From a virus (taxonomy: Duplodnaviria; Caudoviricetes), in the IMG/VR virus record IMGVR_UViG_3300021082_000038, positions 1 through 48,118 of that record: a stretch of DNA of 48,118 nt; one strand, given 5' to 3'. Within the stretch, counting starts at the first letter, position 1; the number at the start of each line of letters is the position of its first letter. Position numbers and translations under genes: made by a program. Of the stretch, positions 43,275 through 48,118 are shown piece by piece. The notes under the pieces were generated by a model that worked only from the letters and a program-made list of their open reading frames with translations, ran no database searches and was not told the origin of the DNA.

Positions 43275-45445
43275 TGCGAATAGGCGAGGCAAAGAACGAC
43301 ACTGAGCTCCTCGCGGCTCTCGAAAGCGCACGTCAGCGCCGTCTCGAACTGCGTCGGGGCTACGAAACGCTCTGGTGGAACAACATCGCCCTCGTGATCG
43401 GGGACCATTACGCCACTTGGAACCCCAACCTCAGCACTTTCGAGGACCGCGATCCGACGTTTGACTCCACCGACAAGCAAAAGCCTCGCCTGGTGGTCAA
43501 CCATGCGCTCACTGTGGGTCGGACAGAGCTCTCCAAGCTCACCAAGAGCCACCCGATCATGGATATCATCGCCAACTCGGACGAATCGACGGACATTTCC
43601 GCCGCCAAGGTCGGTCGTGCCTCCCTCGACTACGCCGAGTGGAAGTTCAAGCTCCCGAAGATGCGTAAGCAGGCTCTCTGGTGGATGATTCAGACCGGTT
43701 TGGGCGCTGTGTACGTCGGGTGGGACTACTTGAACAACAAGGCCGGCGAGATGACCTTCACTATCGACCCCATTTCGGGGGATCCGACCTTCAACCCCAC
43801 TCGAATCCGGGAATTGAAGGCGATGATGGAGGCTGGAGAGCTCACAGAGGTCAAGGAAGAGAAGTTTCCGCTCGGTGAGTGCGAATTCCAGGTCTTTTCG
43901 CCCTTCCAGCTGCTCCCGGACGAGACCTGCCTCGATTTCGACCAGATTCAGGACCTCATCACGACTGAAGTGGCCGATGTGGACGTTATCAAGGGGATTT
44001 ACGGCCGTGACGCCAATAAGATCCAACCTGACGGCGATGCGATCCTCGGGGCGATGGAACAGCGTTCTTTGGCCCGTGCAAGCGTCGCAGGCGGCGTTTC
44101 GCAGTCCACAGGCGTCGATGGCGGCCTGAAAGTCCATACTTTCTGGCTGGAGCCGGGTAAGTACCGCGGGAACAAGTATTTGGAGAATGGCAAGTACTTC
44201 CGGTGGTGTAATTCCAACGTCACCCTCGACGTCTCTCCCACGTTCCCCTACGCGGACGGTAGGATGCCGTTCGTCTTCTTCCAGCACATTCCGTCCTCGA
44301 TGACGATCTGGCCGGACTCCATCATGACCCACATCCGTGGGGCCAACCTGGAGATCGACAAGACCATCAGTCAGCTCATCGAGAACAAGGACTACATGTC
44401 CAACCCGATGTGGCGAATTGCTACCCAGCACAAGATCAAGGGAGAGATCAAGAATGTCGCAGGCGCCATCGTCCGCTACCGACACGTCCCGAACATTCCA
44501 CCTCCTGAGCCGATTCAAGGGCTTCAGATGCCCCAGCAGGTCGAGAACCTCCTCGCGGGCCTGCGTGCTCAGATACTCGACATCTCTGGCCAGGGCGAAA
44601 CGAGCCGGGGGCGAGTACCATCTGGAGTTCGTTCGGGAGTCGCCGTCGCTTACCTACAGGAAGAGGACGACAGCAAGATCGCGCCGACGGTGGAGAACAT
44701 GGAGGAAGCAATCGCGCTGATGGGCAGTCTCACCCTCGAGCGCTTCTCGCAGTACTACACCACTGCGCGCATCCTCAGGTTCTACCGACGCGATGGTGTC
44801 TTCGACGTGGTGAAGTTCAAGGGGGCTGACCTCAAGAACAACACCGACGTGGTGTGCCAGGCGGGCTCAGCGATGCCGAAGAGCAAGGCCGCCAAGCAAC
44901 AGTACACCCTCGAGCTCGTGTCACTGGGCATCCTGAAGGATCCACACAAGATCGAGCAGATGCTCGACCTAGGTGCAGGTGAGCCTGACGATCAGGACAA
45001 GGCCCTGGCGCAGGCCAAGCGCGAGAACAACTACATGCTGCATGGTGTGCCCGATGGCATGTACAAGCCTGGTCCGGTCGACGAAGAGGAACAAAAGCAG
45101 GTGGCAGCCGCCATACCGGTCAAGTCGTGGCACAACCACCAGCTCCACGTTCAGGTCCACACGTCAGCGATGATGGATGAAGAGTTCGATAAGCTCCAAA
45201 TCGCTCACCCCGGGATTGTCCAGCTCTTCGACGAACATGTTGCTATGCACCAGCAGGAACTTCAGAAGCAAGCCCAGCAGCAGATGGCCATGTTGGAAGC
45301 TGCTAAGGGAGCTCCTGATGGACCGCCCGGTAGCACTCCTGATGCAGGCTCAAACGGCGCTACTCAGCACCGGCAAATCATGGAGGTTCCGGACGTCATC
45401 GGCGGCGGAGTGGTCGACAACTCTGCCATGACCATCCATTCGTAG
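43274..45445 (+). CDS. Portal protein (P22-like)
   Basis: 723 aa; PRLVVNH, MPFV, DISGQ...SRG...SGVAVAYLQE; Q-rich C-terminus; lies between TerL and the scaffold gene. Confidence 0.88.
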   Translation: MRIGEAKNDTELLAALESARQRRLELRRGYETLWWNNIALVIGDHYATWNPNLSTFEDRDPTFDSTDKQKPRLVVNHALTVGRTELSKLTKSHPIMDIIANSDESTDISAAKVGRASLDYAEWKFKLPKMRKQALWWMIQTGLGAVYVGWDYLNNKAGEMTFTIDPISGDPTFNPTRIRELKAMMEAGELTEVKEEKFPLGECEFQVFSPFQLLPDETCLDFDQIQDLITTEVADVDVIKGIYGRDANKIQPDGDAILGAMEQRSLARASVAGGVSQSTGVDGGLKVHTFWLEPGKYRGNKYLENGKYFRWCNSNVTLDVSPTFPYADGRMPFVFFQHIPSSMTIWPDSIMTHIRGANLEIDKTISQLIENKDYMSNPMWRIATQHKIKGEIKNVAGAIVRYRHVPNIPPPEPIQGLQMPQQVENLLAGLRAQILDISGQGETSRGRVPSGVRSGVAVAYLQEEDDSKIAPTVENMEEAIALMGSLTLERFSQYYTTARILRFYRRDGVFDVVKFKGADLKNNTDVVCQAGSAMPKSKAAKQQYTLELVSLGILKDPHKIEQMLDLGAGEPDDQDKALAQAKRENNYMLHGVPDGMYKPGPVDEEEQKQVAAAIPVKSWHNHQLHVQVHTSAMMDEEFDKLQIAHPGIVQLFDEHVAMHQQELQKQAQQQMAMLEAAKGAPDGPPGSTPDAGSNGATQHRQIMEVPDVIGGGVVDNSAMTIHS

Positions 45446-45457
45446 GAAGGAGTAACT

Positions 45458-46084
45458 TTGTCTCCCACAGAAGAGACGACAGATCTCGAGAGCAAGACAC
45501 GCGCAGAGCTCGACGAGATCGCTGTCGACCTCGATCTGGACCCTGCGGAGTTCTCGACCAAGGCCGACGTGATCGCTGCGATTCAGGCCGAGCAAGAGGA
45601 CACCGAAGAGGACACCGAGGACGACGAAGACGAAGACGAAGAGGACGGCCCGGAGATCGAGCCGGCACAGGGCGATCAGGTCCAGCCAGGTGACGAGTCC
45701 GACGGCAAGGAGAACAAGGTCGAGGAAGCACAGCTCCTCTCCTACTCTTCGGGTACCGACGTGGACGTCCTGGACGTACCGACGACGAAGTTCGCGGGCG
45801 AGAGCCCTCCGCTCATCCTCGCCGGCTACTGGGCCAGGCTGAACGACGACGAGTCCGTGCCCGAGGAGTACGTCGGTCACCTCGTCGCGGTTCTCGAAAG
45901 CCCCTGGACCAGCTCGCCGTATGCCACGGACGAGCAGGCGTCGGCGATCAACGGATACCGCTACGACCCGGACAAGCTCTTCCTGGTCCGCACGCGGGAT
46001 TCGGGCAATGCTCTGCTCGAGGTGCCTTTCGAGGCGCTGTCCGAGGTGGGTCAGACCCGCTCGGACGTCATGAGCCATGCCTGA
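45458..46084 (+). CDS. Acidic protein with N-terminal Rho_N/HeH-like motif
   Basis: LESKTRAELDEIA.DL.L......KADVIAAI followed by a D/E tract; AAGGAG RBS. Confidence 0.65.
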   Translation: MSPTEETTDLESKTRAELDEIAVDLDLDPAEFSTKADVIAAIQAEQEDTEEDTEDDEDEDEEDGPEIEPAQGDQVQPGDESDGKENKVEEAQLLSYSSGTDVDVLDVPTTKFAGESPPLILAGYWARLNDDESVPEEYVGHLVAVLESPWTSSPYATDEQASAINGYRYDPDKLFLVRTRDSGNALLEVPFEALSEVGQTRSDVMSHA

Positions 46085-46373
46085 TTCACCCCTCCATAAC
46101 TTGAACGATCTGCTGGCGGAGCTGGAGGAGACCGCCGTCACAACCACACAAGGCAGTTTCGTCAAGATGGAGGACGTTCGGAGGCTCCTCAAAGACAAGG
46201 CTGATGCTGCTACGAAGGCCATCGCAGAGGCAGCGGACGCACCAAAGACCGTCGAGCAAGCCCGTGCCCAGATCAAGAAGGACCCCGAGCTGATGAAGCA
46301 GTTCGCGGACCGACCACAGGACGCGGGACGGTCTATCCCAGCACAAGAGCCCCAGCCGGCGTCGAGGCCGTAA
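46077..46373 (+). CDS. Hypothetical protein
   Basis: 98 aa, overlapping the upstream gene. Confidence 0.6.
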   Translation: MPDSPLHNLNDLLAELEETAVTTTQGSFVKMEDVRRLLKDKADAATKAIAEAADAPKTVEQARAQIKKDPELMKQFADRPQDAGRSIPAQEPQPASRP

Positions 46374-46401
46374 AGCGTAGGGCAGAAGGAGAGCGTGGGC
46401 A

Positions 46402-47286
46402 ATGAGTGGTATGGCACAAGAGATCCAAGCCCGTATGGAAGCAGATGCTGCTGCGGGCGTAGCACCGGGTACCGACGGAGAGACACCGACACCCCCTGCA
46501 GTTCCGGCGGCGGCGCCGACAACACCCGATAGCGCTGCTGGGGGTCCTCCGGAGACGATTCCGTACGCCCGCTTCAAGGAGGTAAATGACCAGCTGCAGG
46601 CTCTCAAGCCTTACGAGGAACTGCAGCAGTACGGTTACGACTCTGACTCCTTGGGTCGACTGGCCGCGTTCGAAGCTCAGTACATGACGGATCCCATCGG
46701 CACGTGGCTCGCCTTGTCCTCGGACCTGGACTTGCCGCAGGAAGTGAAGGACGCTTTGGAAGCTGTGGGTCAAGCACCAGCAACACCCACCCAGGGCGAA
46801 CCTGCACCTACGGGCGGCGCAGCACCCGCGACACCGGCGGCACCATCTGCCGAACTTCCCGAAGACGTACAAGCAACGCTTCAGTGGGCAAAACAGAGGA
46901 TGGCTGAGGAGCAGCAGACCGCTGCCAACGCTCAGACAGAGGCTGTGCTGTCCGCCACAACCGGTCATTGGGACAAGCTGGATGAAGCCGACTCCCTGAA
47001 GACGCCAGACAACATCAAGCTGACGTTCATCTCGGCCGCAGCTGCGCGAGGCGGTTTCCAAACCGCGGAGCAACTTGCCGAGTCAGCCCGAAACGATCTA
47101 CTGGCCTACAGGGATGCCGAGCTGGGATCAGCTGTCAGTGGAAGCAGACGTCCGGGAACGCCTCTTGCGGTACCCGGTAGTGCGCCTGGAGCTACGGAGC
47201 CGGTGCGTTTCGCCGACCTCCGAGAAGCATCGAAGGCCGCTGCCGCAGACCTGCAGGCAGGGCGACTTCCCTCAGGAACGGAGTAA
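46402..47286 (+). CDS. Capsid scaffolding protein
   Basis: P/A-rich linkers and IPYARFKEVN motif; lies between portal and capsid genes. Confidence 0.8.
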   Translation: MSGMAQEIQARMEADAAAGVAPGTDGETPTPPAVPAAAPTTPDSAAGGPPETIPYARFKEVNDQLQALKPYEELQQYGYDSDSLGRLAAFEAQYMTDPIGTWLALSSDLDLPQEVKDALEAVGQAPATPTQGEPAPTGGAAPATPAAPSAELPEDVQATLQWAKQRMAEEQQTAANAQTEAVLSATTGHWDKLDEADSLKTPDNIKLTFISAAAARGGFQTAEQLAESARNDLLAYRDAELGSAVSGSRRPGTPLAVPGSAPGATEPVRFADLREASKAAAADLQAGRLPSGTE

Positions 47287-47289
47287 TCA

Positions 47290-47622
47290 ATGGCTGCATC
47301 CGCAAGCGTCGTAAGTCGCGGAGCTGCTGGAGAGTTGTTCTTCCGGCTAGTGGACGTCACACTCGACGGATCATACCCTGCGGGCGGGTACCCACTCGTC
47401 CCGAAAGAGATTGGATTTGGTACCAACGGCGTGGTCGTTCACGTCGATGGTGCCATGTCCAAGACCGGGGGATGGACTGTCGGGTATGACCACACAACCG
47501 GCAAGCTTCAGGTCTTCGACGGTTCCGGGGCTGCCAACGCCATCGCACACGAAGTCGCGCCGGCCACTGTCCTCACGGGCGTGGTCGCACGACTGATGGT
47601 GTGGGGCAAAGGACAAGGATAA
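47290..47622 (+). CDS. Putative capsid decoration protein
   Basis: 110 aa; DGSYPAGGYP...GKLQVF...HEV pattern; immediately before the capsid gene. Confidence 0.6.
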   Translation: MAASASVVSRGAAGELFFRLVDVTLDGSYPAGGYPLVPKEIGFGTNGVVVHVDGAMSKTGGWTVGYDHTTGKLQVFDGSGAANAIAHEVAPATVLTGVVARLMVWGKGQG

Positions 47623-47632
47623 GGAGGGCTAG

Positions 47633-48118
47633 GTGCCACAGACAACAACGGCTGCCGACGCCATCCTCCAGAACTACTACCTGCCAGTCGTTCGGGAGAT
47701 GGTGAACCAGCGGGCACTCTTGCTCTTCGGCTACTCGCCGAGTGAGCTCGACGCTGGAATGGGCAAGATGAACGCCACCAAGGGCGAGACCATGGACTAT
47801 CGTGGCATCTCGCGCGACGGTGACCAGGTGCAGTTCGCGGGCCGTCAGTGGGTCATCGCGCTGCACACGAGCAGGAACGAGTCGGGTACGGCACGCGCCG
47901 AGGGTGGCACGCTGCCGGCTCCGGGTCAGCAGGGCTGGGCGGACCTCATCGACAAGGTGAAGAAGCTCTACAAGCAGATCCAGATCACGGGCTTCGCGCT
48001 CGAGGTCTCGGAGCGTTCCATCGGTTCGTATGTCCGCCTGCTCGAGGCCGAGACCGTCGGTGCGGTCAACGACCTCCGCAAGGACATGAACCGCCAGGCC
48101 TTCGGCGACGGTCGCAGC
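47633..48118 (+). CDS. Major capsid protein, 5' part (continues at 1-894)
   Basis: AAGGAGG RBS and GTG start; open frame MPQTTTAADAILQNYYLPVVREMVN... runs into the terminal repeat in frame 1. Confidence 0.85.
   Translation, partial: MPQTTTAADAILQNYYLPVVREMVNQRALLLFGYSPSELDAGMGKMNATKGETMDYRGISRDGDQVQFAGRQWVIALHTSRNESGTARAEGGTLPAPGQQGWADLIDKVKKLYKQIQITGFALEVSERSIGSYVRLLEAETVGAVNDLRKDMNRQAFGDGRS
48023..48118. repeat. Terminal direct repeat, right copy
   Basis: Matches bases 1-96 with one mismatch at 48116. Confidence 0.95.

Noticed and set aside
43271-46525. Long minus-strand ORFs (43271-44518, 45350-46525; also 11739-12761 and 22608-23426 on the strand opposite real genes)
   Set aside because: Antisense shadows expected from high-GC3 codon bias; no RBS or motifs.
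1-48118. Abundant CTCGAG/GTCGAC/GATC sites as evidence that modified DNA escapes restriction
   Set aside because: These follow from preferred codon pairs (CTC-GAG, GTC-GAC); an observed/expected calculation, which I cannot run, would be needed.

Overview
The window is an apparently complete, circularly permuted ~48.0 kb lytic dsDNA tailed phage genome with high GC. Bases 1-96 recur at 48023-48118 with one mismatch, and the major capsid gene spans the junction. The + strand virion arm (38276-48118, then 1-15634) has a P22/T7-like short-tail (podovirus-like) layout: TerL, M23-like endolysin, portal, scaffold, capsid, two tail-tube/adaptor genes, three paralogous tail-fibre genes and large ejection proteins with peptidoglycan hydrolases. 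The mostly - strand early/replication arm (15821-38010) encodes a Sak4/SSB/exonuclease module, a UDG-PolA fusion, an SNF2-like helicase and many small early genes, plus a + strand primase-helicase. No integrase, tRNA or CRISPR array was seen. The host is probably an actinobacterium (inference). Top candidates: (1) a nucleotide-modification cassette with two thymidylate-synthase-fold genes that both have the dCMP-type Asp (one lacks the RSxD motif), plus dCMP deaminase, MazG, dNMP kinase and the UDG-PolA; (2) three tandem receptor-binding proteins with a shared N-terminal module; (3) an Acb2/Tad1-like nucleotide-sponge candidate; (4) a secreted Rpf-like transglycosylase; (5) a family of paralogous HTH genes, two of which have matching promoters. 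All functional calls come from motif recognition by eye; no searches were run.
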